Below, in pieces: positions 7,128 through 15,016 of a stretch of DNA of 15,016 nt (the first letter of the stretch is position 1; the number at the start of each line of letters is the position of its first letter). The stretch is from a virus. The notes under the pieces are model-generated. The model had not been told where the DNA came from. It was given only the letters and a program-made list of their open reading frames with translations, and ran no database searches. The stretch lies in UHGV virus genome UHGV-0154878; one strand, given 5' to 3'. The position numbers were made by a program, and so were the translations under genes.

Positions 7128-7486
7128 ACGAATATCAGTTTGTGCTTCCATACCCGCCGTCGGTGAACACCTACTGGCGAAGACGGGGAAGCCAATACTA
7201 CATCAGCGATAAAGGCCAGAAATACCGAAAAGACGTTCAGCAAATCATCCGCCAACTTAAGTTAGACATTTTCACCAAATCACGACTCCGCATCAAAGTC
7301 ATCGCAGACGTTCCAGACTCCCGCCGCCGCGACCTCGACAACATCCTGAAAGGTTTACTCGACTCCCTTATCCACGCCGGATTTGCGGAAGACGACGAGC
7401 AATTCGATGACATTCGCGTAATTCGTGGTGTGAAAGTACCAGGCGGACGGCTTGGAATAAAAATCACCGAACTGGAGAACGTATGA
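7124..7486 (+). CDS. rusA: RusA-family Holliday junction resolvase
   Basis: LPxPPSxNxYWR...RRRDLDNxxKxxxDxLxxAGF...GGRLxIxITE aligns with E. coli RusA. Confidence 0.9.
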   Translation: MNEYQFVLPYPPSVNTYWRRRGSQYYISDKGQKYRKDVQQIIRQLKLDIFTKSRLRIKVIADVPDSRRRDLDNILKGLLDSLIHAGFAEDDEQFDDIRVIRGVKVPGGRLGIKITELENV

Positions 7487-7671
7487 ACGCCACAATTCAA
7501 ACGATACCAGAGCTTCTTATCCAGACACGAGGCAATCAGACCGAAGTGGCGAGGATGCTTTCCTGCGCAAGAGGAACAGTGCTCAAGTACAACCGAGACA
7601 GCAAAGGCGAGCGTCACGTAATAGTTAACGGCGTCCTGATGGTCAAACAGGGCAAGAGGGGAAGACGATGA
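7483..7671 (+). CDS. ninH: NinH-like protein
   Basis: TIPExLxxxxGNQTEVARxLxCxRGTVxKYxxDxxGxxHxIVNxVLMV matches lambda NinH. Confidence 0.75.
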   Translation: MNATIQTIPELLIQTRGNQTEVARMLSCARGTVLKYNRDSKGERHVIVNGVLMVKQGKRGRR

Positions 7672-8156
7672 GCATAAGAGAACTAAACCTCACCAAAGAG
7701 CAGCACGAGTGGCTGAATGGCTGGCTTGAACTGTGGGGCGCATGGGTTTATTCAGGTCGTCTGGAAAAGCGCATGAGCAGCGTAATAGCGAAGTTCATGG
7801 AGAGCGTAGAGCCGGGAAGAGTTATGACAAGGCCAATGTGCAATGATGATGATGGAATGTTGATTTCTCAGGTCGTCGATTCCGTCATGTACATTGACAA
7901 GAAAGCCTTTGGCATCCTCCTCAGCTACTACGCTCATGGATCTTCCAAGCATGCCATTGCATCTTACTATCATCGCGTCGCAAGACCTCGCAAGATGTTA
8001 TGCCGGGGCGGCGGGCGTATTCAAAAACCATCGCTCGCAACCTGTCGCCGGGAAGTTGACGAAATCCTCAATGCTTCGTTGTTTATGATTTACCCGGTTC
8101 TGGATAGTGCGTTTAAAAACCGGAAACGTGTAGAGAAAATTAAACATGTAGCATAG
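7668..8156 (+). CDS. Q: Late-gene antitermination protein Q (QuuD/Q82-like family)
   Basis: Motifs LELWGAWV and RPMCNDDDGMLI resemble QuuD-type Q proteins. It is the last gene of the nin region and sits immediately upstream of a promoter-like element, tRNA genes and the lysis cassette. Confidence 0.8.
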   Translation: MSIRELNLTKEQHEWLNGWLELWGAWVYSGRLEKRMSSVIAKFMESVEPGRVMTRPMCNDDDGMLISQVVDSVMYIDKKAFGILLSYYAHGSSKHAIASYYHRVARPRKMLCRGGGRIQKPSLATCRREVDEILNASLFMIYPVLDSAFKNRKRVEKIKHVA

Positions 8157-8162
8157 AACGTG

Positions 8163-8247
8163 TTGACATCATTGAGCAAATGAGCAACACTATTCGCATA
8201 AGCTGCCGTTAGTGACTCTTAAGTTGCAACGGTGGCTTTTTTTATTT
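8163..8247 (+). promoter_or_regulatory. Candidate late promoter PR' and qut region, ending in a tR'-like intrinsic terminator
   Basis: Consensus TTGACA at 8163-8168, 7 nt past the Q stop. The -10 is ambiguous (CACTAT, TATTCG or CATAAG). A hairpin GCTGCCGTT...AACGGTGGC with two G-U pairs is followed by TTTTTTTATTT (8202-8247). Confidence 0.4.
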
Positions 8248-8322
8248 GGGTCAGTCGTATAAAGGTCATTACGGAAGGCTGTTAACCTTCTTATCGTGGT
8301 TCGAGTCCACGCTGTCCCGCCA
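8248..8322 (+). tRNA. tRNA with anticodon GTT (Asn), non-canonical (one acceptor-stem mismatch, short D-stem)
   Basis: Hand-folded cloverleaf. Anticodon arm GAAGG-cTGTTaa-CCTTC. T-arm CGTGG-TTCGAGT-CCACG. Acceptor GGGTCAG/CTGTCCC has a T-T mismatch at position 4:69. Discriminator G, then encoded CCA. Confidence 0.6.
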
Positions 8323-8327
8323 AATAT

Positions 8328-8403
8328 GCTGGTTTAGCTCCAATGGTAGAGCGGTCGCCTTGTAAGCGAATGGGTAGCGGTTCAAGTCCGTTAACCAGCA
8401 CCA
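8328..8403 (+). tRNA. tRNA with anticodon TGT (Thr)
   Basis: Perfect 7-bp acceptor stem GCTGGTT/AACCAGC. D-arm GCTC-caatGGta-GAGC. Anticodon loop cTTGTaa. T-arm AGCGG-TTCAAGT-CCGTT. Discriminator A, then encoded CCA. Confidence 0.75.
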
Positions 8404-8490
8404 TAACTGAGCCGTAGCCACTGGCTATCCTGAATTCATCAGTGATAGTTACGCTGCGGCCTTCTACACATGACCTTCGTGAAAGCGGGC

Positions 8491-8526
8491 GGCATGAGGT
8501 TGCGCTAACAACCTCCTGCCGTTTTG
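8491..8526 (+). terminator. Hairpin with a short T-run downstream of the tRNA genes (candidate terminator or processing structure)
   Basis: 12-bp stem with one mismatch, GGCATGAGGTTG-cgctaa-CAACCTCCTGCC, followed by GTTTT. Confidence 0.4.
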
Positions 8527-8645
8527 CCCGTGCATATCGGTCACGAACAAATCTGATTACTAAACACAGTAGCCTGGATTTGTTCTATCAGTAATCGACC
8601 TTATTCCTAATTAAATAGAGCAAATCCCCTTATTGGGGGTAAGAC

Positions 8646-8969
8646 ATGAAGATGCCAGAAAAACATGACCTGTTAGCCGCCATTCTCGCGGCAAAGGAAC
8701 AAGGCATCGGGGCAATCCTTGCGTTTGCAATGGCGTACCTTCGCGGCAGATATAATGGCGGTGCGTTTACAAAAACAGTAATCGACGCAACGATGTGCGC
8801 CATTATCGCCTGGTTCATTCGTGACCTTCTCGACTTCGCCGGACTAAGTAGCAATCTCGCTTATATAACGAGCGTGTTCATCGGCTACATCGGTACTGAC
8901 TCGATTGGTTCGCTTATCAAACGCTTCGCTGCTAAAAAAGCCGGAGTAGAAGATGGTGGAAATCAATAA
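8646..8969 (+). CDS. S: Class I holin, lambda S type, with dual-start motif (Met1-Lys2-Met3)
   Basis: The 107-aa product is almost identical to lambda S as I recall it ([39 protein letters not shown]...). The MKM N-terminus corresponds to the S107 antiholin and S105 holin starts. Confidence 0.95.
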   Translation: MKMPEKHDLLAAILAAKEQGIGAILAFAMAYLRGRYNGGAFTKTVIDATMCAIIAWFIRDLLDFAGLSSNLAYITSVFIGYIGTDSIGSLIKRFAAKKAGVEDGGNQ

Positions 8970-9429
8970 TCAACGTAAGGCGTTCCTCGATATGCTGGCG
9001 TGGTCAGAGGGAACTGATAACGGACGTCAGAAAACCAGAAATCATGGTTATGACGTCATTGTTGGCGGAGAGCTATTCACTGATTACTCCGATCACCCTC
9101 GCAAACTTGTCACGCTAAACCCCAAACTCAAATCAACAGCAGCCGGACGTTACCAGCTTCTTTCCCGTTGGTGGGATGCCTATCGTAAGCAGCTTGGCCT
9201 GAAAGACTTCTCTCCGAAAAGCCAGGACGCTGTGGCATTGCAGCAGATTAAAGAGCGTGGCGCTTTACCGATGATTGATCGCGGTGATATCCGTCAGGCT
9301 ATCGATCGTTGCAGCAATATCTGGGCGTCGTTACCTGGTGCAGGTTACGGTCAGTATGAACATAAAATCGGTGACCTGATTGCCCGATTTAAAGAGGCTG
9401 GTGGGGTGGTAAATGAAGTTGAGCTATAA
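8953..9429 (+). CDS. R: Endolysin, lambda R-type lytic transglycosylase
   Basis: The 158-aa product is near-identical to lambda R through most of its length ([51 protein letters not shown]...) and diverges only in the last residues. Confidence 0.95.
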   Translation: MVEINNQRKAFLDMLAWSEGTDNGRQKTRNHGYDVIVGGELFTDYSDHPRKLVTLNPKLKSTAAGRYQLLSRWWDAYRKQLGLKDFSPKSQDAVALQQIKERGALPMIDRGDIRQAIDRCSNIWASLPGAGYGQYEHKIGDLIARFKEAGGVVNEVEL

Positions 9430-9805
9430 GCTGGTTATCGCTGCATTCTTCTTTACTGTCATCGGTTCTTTCATCTGGTCTGCCAACCACTACTACAGCA
9501 AATATCAGCACGAAAAGAAACGTGCTGATGAGGCTGTACAAAATGCCAAATCGGCAACTGTCATTACCAATAACGTCCTGCAATCACTGCAAATCGTCAA
9601 TACAGTTCTGGAGGCTAACCAGCATGCAAAACAGCAGATCACACTGGAGTCACAGAGAACCGAGAACGATATCAAGGCTGCTGTTGCGGATGATGATTGT
9701 GCTGTTCGTTTTGTGCCTTCTGGCGCAGTTAAGCGGCTGCACGACTACGCGAACGGTCTACGTTCCAGTTCCGGTGGTTCCGTTACCAGCCAACCTGACG
9801 GCTGA
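9413..9805 (+). CDS. Rz: Rz-like inner-membrane spanin (i-spanin), not lambda-type
   Basis: N-terminal transmembrane helix LVIAAFFFTVIGSFIW followed by a charged, probably coiled-coil periplasmic region. Sits directly after the endolysin and overlaps its 3' end by 17 nt. Confidence 0.6.
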   Translation: MKLSYKLVIAAFFFTVIGSFIWSANHYYSKYQHEKKRADEAVQNAKSATVITNNVLQSLQIVNTVLEANQHAKQQITLESQRTENDIKAAVADDDCAVRFVPSGAVKRLHDYANGLRSSSGGSVTSQPDG

Positions 9806-9968
9806 AACACCGCAGCCAGACTTACCCGACCCGTTTACGTGGGGAGCAAGTCTTGACCTGAATGTCGCATTGCTGTCAGCGCTGGCGCAGTGCAACAGGG
9901 ATAAGGCTGATATCAGGATTTTCGAGAACAACAGGGCAGGACAAACCGATGGCACGATTAAACGTTGA
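9690..9968 (+). CDS. Rz1: Rz1-like outer-membrane lipoprotein spanin (o-spanin), overlapped in the +1 frame and extending past the Rz stop
   Basis: Signal peptide plus lipobox MMIVLFVLCLLAQLSGC, followed by the proline-rich stretch TVYVPVPVVPLPANL typical of Rz1. The start lies inside Rz in a different frame. Confidence 0.55.
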   Translation: MMIVLFVLCLLAQLSGCTTTRTVYVPVPVVPLPANLTAETPQPDLPDPFTWGASLDLNVALLSALAQCNRDKADIRIFENNRAGQTDGTIKR

Positions 9969-10134
9969 AGTTATCCCACCAGACAGCGAGGTGCTGAACG
10001 GGATTTTTGCAGAGATTGAGCGCAAATATGCGCGTCAGCCGCTGACGCCAAAAGTAATTGATGAAATGCAACGCGAAGTGGCGCGCCTTGTGCGGCGAAT
10101 GATAACCACAAAGGTTACGTTCGTCCGGGACTGA
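9949..10134 (+). CDS. Hypothetical small protein (61 aa)
   Basis: ATG 9949 with AGGGCAGGA upstream. Followed by a hairpin at 10142-10164. No recognisable family. Confidence 0.35.
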   Translation: MARLNVEVIPPDSEVLNGIFAEIERKYARQPLTPKVIDEMQREVARLVRRMITTKVTFVRD

Positions 10135-10188
10135 CATTACAGAAGCCCTTCACTGAGGGGCTTCGATAATGGAGCACTGGAATTATTC

Positions 10189-10809
10189 ATGAACAGACCA
10201 CACCCACCAGCGCATTTTACGATGCCACCTGACCCGAAGCCGTACATCAGCATTATGCCCGCTAATGACGTTGGCGAGTGGCTGAATCAGCACATCCTGA
10301 GCGATGAGGGTGACCTCTACAACCCTGACCACCAGCATTTGCTTGAAGCGGATCTGTGCTTTCTCTGGGCGTCGAACGCTTTCGAGAAGAAAGGGCGTTC
10401 CGTGCTGGGGCAGGCGGAAGAAGTGGCAATGCGTGCCGGAGGCTGGCAGAAAGCGCGGATGGAGCAGCAGATGTATGAATGGTTCGGCAGGGTGCCGCAG
10501 TTCATCATCACGCTGGCCGCTGATTACTGCTCGCAATGTTCCGATCTGGAATTCTGCGCGCTGATAGAGCACGAGCTTTATCACATTTGCCAGGCGACAG
10601 ATGAATTTGGCGCGCCGAAGTTCACGCAGGAAGGGCAGCCAAAGCTGAAGCTGCGCGGCCATGACGTGGAAGAGTTTGTGGGCGTGGTTCGCCGTTACGG
10701 TGCGAGCCGGGACGTGCAGGAAATGATTGATGCGGCGAATCAGCCAGCGGAGGTTGCTCATCTCGATATTGCCAGAGCGTGCGGGACGTGCATGCTGCGA
10801 CTGGCTTAA
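10189..10809 (+). CDS. Putative zinc metallopeptidase-like protein (HExxH motif), possibly of the phage 'putative peptidase' family
   Basis: EHELYH motif in a 206-aa ORF co-oriented with all flanking late genes. The overlapping - strand ORF (10183-10878) has antisense-type composition. Family assignment is from memory and unverified. Confidence 0.5.
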   Translation: MNRPHPPAHFTMPPDPKPYISIMPANDVGEWLNQHILSDEGDLYNPDHQHLLEADLCFLWASNAFEKKGRSVLGQAEEVAMRAGGWQKARMEQQMYEWFGRVPQFIITLAADYCSQCSDLEFCALIEHELYHICQATDEFGAPKFTQEGQPKLKLRGHDVEEFVGVVRRYGASRDVQEMIDAANQPAEVAHLDIARACGTCMLRLA

Positions 10810-10840
10810 ATACTGGACTGTATAAGACGAATGGTGATTT

Positions 10841-11314
10841 ATGGCTGCATTAAAACCTGATGTGAAAGCCTTCATCATTCAGTCGCTTGCGTGCTATGAC
10901 ACGCCATCGCAGGTGGTCGAGGCTGTCCAAAAAGAATTCGGGATCAAGATCACCCGCCAGCAGGCTGAATCTCACGACCCCACGAAGGCCAGCGGTAAGA
11001 CGCTCGCCAAAAAGTGGATCGAGATGTTCCACGCGACGCGCGAACGGTTCCTGACCGAAACCAGCGACATTCCGATCGCGAACAAATCCTATCGCCTCCG
11101 CGTGCTTGACCGCATGGCAACCAAAACCGAGGGGATGAAAAACTTCTCCCTGACGGCGCAGCTGATTGAACAGGCCGCGAAAGAGGTTGGCGACGCTTAC
11201 ACCAATAAGCTGAAGGTTGAGAGCACTGGCAAGGATGGCGGCCCGATCAAGACCGAGACGACCAACCTCACCGCAGATCAGGCCGCAGAGATTTACCGCA
11301 AGATGATGGGGTGA
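10841..11314 (+). CDS. Putative terminase small subunit (DUF2280-like)
   Basis: 157-aa ORF immediately upstream of the large terminase subunit, with an overlapping stop. The N-terminal region looks like a DNA-binding domain. Assignment is by position and weak recollection. Confidence 0.5.
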   Translation: MAALKPDVKAFIIQSLACYDTPSQVVEAVQKEFGIKITRQQAESHDPTKASGKTLAKKWIEMFHATRERFLTETSDIPIANKSYRLRVLDRMATKTEGMKNFSLTAQLIEQAAKEVGDAYTNKLKVESTGKDGGPIKTETTNLTADQAAEIYRKMMG

Positions 11315-11316
11315 TC

Positions 11317-12939
11317 ATGCCTCTCCCGTTTGAATTCGATTTCAGAAACCCTGATTACCAGATGGTTTTTGAATGGCGGATGGAGCGCTTACAGCGCATT
11401 CGCCAGAACCCTGAAATGCTGCCAGCGCTAAAGCAGTTTTACCGCACCAACCCGGCACAGTTCATCATCGACTGGGGTATGACTACTGACCCGCGTAACA
11501 TCGATTATGGCCTGCCGGTCACCATCCCTTTTCTGCTGTTCCCGAAACAGGAAGAGTGGATTCACTGGATCATGGAGCGGCGCGAACGACTGGAGAACGG
11601 CATCACCGAAAAGAGCCGCGAAATGGGGCTCAGCTGGACGGCGATCGGGCTGGCCTGTTCGCTCTGCCTCTTCAACAAAGAAATGGTTATCGGTTTCGGC
11701 TCCCGTAAAGAGGAATACGTCGACAGCACCGGTGACCCGAAGGCGCTGTTCTGGAAGGCGCGAAAGTTCGTGGAAACACTGCCCATCGAGTTTCGTGGTT
11801 CGTGGGACGAGAAGAAGCATGCGCCGTATATGCGCGTTGAGTTTCCAGATACTGGCGCGGTTATCAAAGGCGAGGCTGGCGACAATATCGGACGTGGTGA
11901 CCGTACCACGCTCTACCTGGTGGATGAAGCTGCATTCCTCCAGCGTCCTCTGTTGATTGATGCGGCGCTGTCGCAAACCACCCGTTGCCGTATTGACCTG
12001 AGCTCGGTTAATGGCATGGCGAACCCGTTCGCGCAGAAGCGCCACGGCGGAAAAATACCAGTATTCACATTCCACTGGCGAGATGACCCGCGCAAGGATG
12101 AAGAGTGGTATCGCAGGGAGTGCGAGAAAATCGACAATCCGGTGGTGGTGGCGCAGGAACTTGACCTGAACTACAGCGCATCTGCGGAAGGCGTCCTGAT
12201 CCCGTCCGACTGGGTACAGGCTGCCGTCGACGCGCATATCAAACTTGGTATTCAGCCAACGGGCAAGCGACTTGGCGCGATGGACGTCGCCGACGAAGGC
12301 CGGGACAAAAATGCCTTTTCGACCCGTCACGGCTTCCTTCTGGAGAACGTGCGTGAATGGTCCGGCGTGGGCAGCGACATTTACCAGTCCGTTGAGAAGG
12401 TCTTCGGCTTTTGCGAACAGGACAACCTCGAAGAGTTTCGCTTCGACGAGGACGGCCTGGGTGCTGGCGTTCGCGGCGATGCGCGCGCCATCAACGAACT
12501 GCGTAACGCTGCGCGCCGACCGTCAATACTCGCCACACCGTTTCGTGGTAGCGGCGCGGTATTTGATCCGGACGATGAAGCGGTGCGCGGGGACAACGGA
12601 CAGGCCGCACGCCTGAACAAGGACTTCTTCGCCAACGCCAAGGCCCAGAGCTGGTGGTGGCTACGCAAGCTTTTCCAGAACACCTATCGCGCCGTGGTTG
12701 AGGGCATGGCCTACAACCCGGACGAAATCATCTCAATCAGCAGCGCCATGGCGAGCAAAGACAAACTCATCATCGAGCTGTCGCAGCCGACCTACTCCAT
12801 TAACGGCGTGGGGAAAATCGTTGTTGATAAACAGCCTGACGGCACCAAGTCGCCGAACCTCGCCGACTCGGTGATGATCAGCTACGCGCCAATGAATTCA
12901 GCCCTGAACATCTGGGAGCTGCTAGGGAGACAGGCCTGA
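11317..12939 (+). CDS. Terminase large subunit
   Basis: About 540 aa with ATPase and nuclease-type architecture (LYLVDEAAF Walker B-like segment), positioned between the small terminase and portal. GGGG Shine-Dalgarno 6 nt before ATG 11317; GTG 11311 is the alternative start. Confidence 0.85.
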   Translation: MPLPFEFDFRNPDYQMVFEWRMERLQRIRQNPEMLPALKQFYRTNPAQFIIDWGMTTDPRNIDYGLPVTIPFLLFPKQEEWIHWIMERRERLENGITEKSREMGLSWTAIGLACSLCLFNKEMVIGFGSRKEEYVDSTGDPKALFWKARKFVETLPIEFRGSWDEKKHAPYMRVEFPDTGAVIKGEAGDNIGRGDRTTLYLVDEAAFLQRPLLIDAALSQTTRCRIDLSSVNGMANPFAQKRHGGKIPVFTFHWRDDPRKDEEWYRRECEKIDNPVVVAQELDLNYSASAEGVLIPSDWVQAAVDAHIKLGIQPTGKRLGAMDVADEGRDKNAFSTRHGFLLENVREWSGVGSDIYQSVEKVFGFCEQDNLEEFRFDEDGLGAGVRGDARAINELRNAARRPSILATPFRGSGAVFDPDDEAVRGDNGQAARLNKDFFANAKAQSWWWLRKLFQNTYRAVVEGMAYNPDEIISISSAMASKDKLIIELSQPTYSINGVGKIVVDKQPDGTKSPNLADSVMISYAPMNSALNIWELLGRQA

Positions 12940-14405
12940 TGGCACGAAACAAGCAATCCTCTCAGCGAACGGCACAGCCCACCGCTGACGGCTACGAGAA
13001 CTTCGTCGCCCGCGTTGGGATGCAGACGCCTAACCAGCATTCAGCATCGACCTACCGGGCGAACTTCACCAGCCGCAACCGCATGCTGGTGGAATGGTCA
13101 TATCGCGGTTCGTGGGTTATCGGTGAAGCGGTCGACGCTATCCCGGACGATATGACCCGAAAGGGCATTCGCATCACTTCGGAGATTGACGCCAAAGACC
13201 GTGGCACCCTCGAAGCGCAACTGGATGAGTTGCAGATCTGGGATGCGCTGAACGACGTGCTGAAATGGTCGCGCCTCTACGGCGGCGCGGTCGGCTTCAT
13301 CATGATCGAGGGGCAAGCACCAATGACCCCGCTGCGACTCGAAACCATTGGCGAGGGCAAGTTTAAGGGCATTCTCCCGCTCGACCGCTGGATGATTAAC
13401 CCGGTGCTGACACGCCGCATTAAAGAGATGGGGCCGGACCTCGGCAAGCCTGAGTTTTACGACGTGGTGACCACCGCAACGGGCATTCCGGCCTGGCGCA
13501 TCCATCACAGCCGCCTGATCCGCTTTGATGGCGTCACGCTGCCATTCCAGCAGAAGATGACCGAAAACGAATGGGGAATGTCGGTTGTAGAGCGTATCTG
13601 GGATCGGCTTACTGCGTTCGATAGCGCTACTGTCGGCGCGGCGCAGCTGGTCTATAAAGCGCATCTGCGTACCTATAGCGTGGAGAAGTTGCGCGAGCTT
13701 ATCGCGCTTGGAGGCCCGGCGTTCGAAGCGTTGCTGAAGAACATCGACCTGATCCGCCAGTTCCAGAGCAATGAAGGTATGACGCTCATGGACTCGCGGG
13801 ATAAGTTCGAAACCCACCAGTACAGCTTTAGTGGTCTGGATGACATTCTTTCGCAGTTTGCTGAGCAGATCAGCGGTGCCGTTGGTATCCCGCTGGTACG
13901 CCTGTTCGGTCAATCCCCGAAAGGCTTCTCTACTGGTGATGCAGACCTCGCCAACTATTACGACCGGGTGAGCTCATTGCAGGAGCGCCGCTTACGGCTG
14001 CCGATGCGCCGGATACTGGACATTATGCACCGCTCGGAACTCGGAAAGCCGCTGCCGGACGATTTCACGTTTGAGTTTAACCCGCTATGGCAAATGTCAG
14101 ACGTTGACCGATCAACGGTGGCCGTAAACACCACCAACGCGATCAGTACCGCGCTGGGCGACGGATTGATGACGCGTAAGGCGGCGATGACCGACCTGCG
14201 CGAAAACTCTGACGTCACCGGCATCGGGGCATCCATTACCGACGAGGACATAGAGAATGCCGAAGACGAAGCGCCGCCAGGCATCGGCGAACTTGGCGAC
14301 AAACCGCCAGAGTCGCCAGGCGGAGATCCGATATCGAACGAGCCTACGGCAGATAGCGCGGGCGGTCGGGGATATCGTAAATGGGCGCTACGATGGTTCA
14401 AATGA
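12939..14405 (+). CDS. Portal protein (DUF1073-type), with an acidic, Gly/Pro-rich C-terminal tail
   Basis: 488-aa ORF immediately after the large terminase (ATGA overlap) and before a head morphogenesis gene. Confidence 0.8.
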   Translation: MARNKQSSQRTAQPTADGYENFVARVGMQTPNQHSASTYRANFTSRNRMLVEWSYRGSWVIGEAVDAIPDDMTRKGIRITSEIDAKDRGTLEAQLDELQIWDALNDVLKWSRLYGGAVGFIMIEGQAPMTPLRLETIGEGKFKGILPLDRWMINPVLTRRIKEMGPDLGKPEFYDVVTTATGIPAWRIHHSRLIRFDGVTLPFQQKMTENEWGMSVVERIWDRLTAFDSATVGAAQLVYKAHLRTYSVEKLRELIALGGPAFEALLKNIDLIRQFQSNEGMTLMDSRDKFETHQYSFSGLDDILSQFAEQISGAVGIPLVRLFGQSPKGFSTGDADLANYYDRVSSLQERRLRLPMRRILDIMHRSELGKPLPDDFTFEFNPLWQMSDVDRSTVAVNTTNAISTALGDGLMTRKAAMTDLRENSDVTGIGASITDEDIENAEDEAPPGIGELGDKPPESPGGDPISNEPTADSAGGRGYRKWALRWFK

Positions 14406-14421
14406 TAGCGTTACCGAAATA

Positions 14422-15016
14422 ATGGATGCGCTGGAGCGCTACAGCGAAATCATCACCCCCTGGGCGACGAAGGTTGCTGAGAACTTCACCGCAGACATAG
14501 CGCGCCAGAATGAAAAGCAGTGGCGTCAGCACAGCCGGAACATCAGCGCAGAGCTGCGCAACATGGTTGACCGCGCCCCGGTAGGCCAGGTGATGAAATC
14601 CATCGTCGCCGAGCAAATTAAGTACATCAAATCGCTGCCTCTTGAGGCCGCCGATCGGGTGTATGACATTCAGAACAAGGCCATCGAGGCCGTTGTGACT
14701 GGTGGCCGCGCTGAGCCATTCGCGAAAGAGATAGCTGCGTCCGGTGACGTTTCACGCTCACGAGCGAACCTTATCGCACGTACCGAGCTTGGACGCGCAA
14801 CCGGCGCGCTGGATCAGGCGCGTGCGCTGTCAATCGGCTCGAATGGTTATATCTGGCGTACAGCTGAAGATGGCGACGTCCGGCATTCTCATCGGGCGAT
14901 GGAAGGGAAGTTTGTCGAATGGGGACGACCTCCAACGCTTGACGGCATGACCGGTCACGCTGGCGAGCTTCCGAACTGCCGCTGTTACAAAGAAATCGTC
15001 TTCCCCAATCCTCATT
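14422..15016 (+). CDS. Head morphogenesis protein, Mu F / SPP1 gp7 family (3' end truncated by the window edge)
   Basis: Hand translation of the frame that runs off the window end gives ...GYIWRTAEDGDVRHSHRAMEGKFVEWGRPPTLDGMTGHAGELPNCRCYKEIVFP, matching the conserved Mu F-like domain. Not in the ORF track because it has no stop in the window; the exact start is uncertain. Confidence 0.75.
   Translation, partial: MDALERYSEIITPWATKVAENFTADIARQNEKQWRQHSRNISAELRNMVDRAPVGQVMKSIVAEQIKYIKSLPLEAADRVYDIQNKAIEAVVTGGRAEPFAKEIAASGDVSRSRANLIARTELGRATGALDQARALSIGSNGYIWRTAEDGDVRHSHRAMEGKFVEWGRPPTLDGMTGHAGELPNCRCYKEIVFPNPH

Noticed and set aside
8404-8490. Possible third tRNA downstream of the Thr tRNA
   Set aside because: No T-loop motif (GTTCRANYC), no cloverleaf and no CCA end could be folded from this stretch.
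8630-8854. - strand 74-aa ORF overlapping the holin
   Set aside because: Antisense to the holin gene, which is near-identical to lambda S.
9389-9583. - strand 64-aa ORF overlapping the R/Rz junction
   Set aside because: Antisense to the endolysin and Rz genes, with no start signals. The hydrophobic stretch mirrors the Rz transmembrane helix on the other strand.
10183-10878. - strand 231-aa ORF covering the same region as the HExxH protein
   Set aside because: The product is Arg/Leu/His-rich with low complexity, typical of the reverse strand of a GC-rich gene. It is oriented against the entire late operon, whereas the + strand frame has the HExxH motif and co-orientation.
11428-14616. Long - strand ORFs inside terminase and portal (11428-12330, 11562-11909, 11913-12137, 12381-12683, 13098-13913, 13958-14401, 14398-14616) and + strand off-frame ORFs (11507-11956, 12245-12616)
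   Set aside because: Antisense or off-frame to large, well-supported structural genes. Long open antisense frames are expected in GC-rich coding DNA.
14744-15015. + strand 68-aa ORF 14744-14950 and - strand 61-aa ORF 14830-15015
   Set aside because: Both overlap the frame carrying the conserved Mu F-like head morphogenesis motif, which runs off the window and was missed by the track.
1-15016. CRISPR arrays, IS elements or transposases, integrase and att sites, toxin-antitoxin pairs
   Set aside because: No regularly spaced direct repeats with unique spacers, no terminal inverted repeats flanking a transposase-like ORF, and no integrase were seen. The window appears to cover only the immunity-to-head part of the prophage, so integrase and att sites probably lie outside it.

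Overview
This window reads as a near-complete right arm of a lambdoid (lambda/P22-mosaic) prophage from an enterobacterial host, almost entirely transcribed on the + strand. In order: a partial membrane-protein ORF and the cI repressor on the - strand; a three-operator OR region; cro, a nutR-like site and cII; a P22-type replication module (O-like initiator with internal iterons, plus a DnaB-family helicase); a ren-position cassette with an intrinsic terminator; a tightly coupled nin region (NinB, Dam-type methyltransferase, NinE, NinF, a Rha/KilAC antirepressor, YbcO-like, RusA, NinH); antiterminator Q; two tRNA genes; a lambda-type lysis cassette (S with dual start, R, and a non-lambda Rz/Rz1 pair); a small ORF and an HExxH-motif protein; then terminase small and large subunits, portal and a partial Mu F-like head morphogenesis gene. 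All family assignments rest on recalled sequence similarity and motifs read by eye; no database search was run. I found no CRISPR array, IS element or obvious toxin cargo. The most likely places for uncharacterised accessory functions are the partial membrane ORF downstream of cI, the ren-position cassette (4115-4783) and the HExxH protein between lysis and packaging genes.
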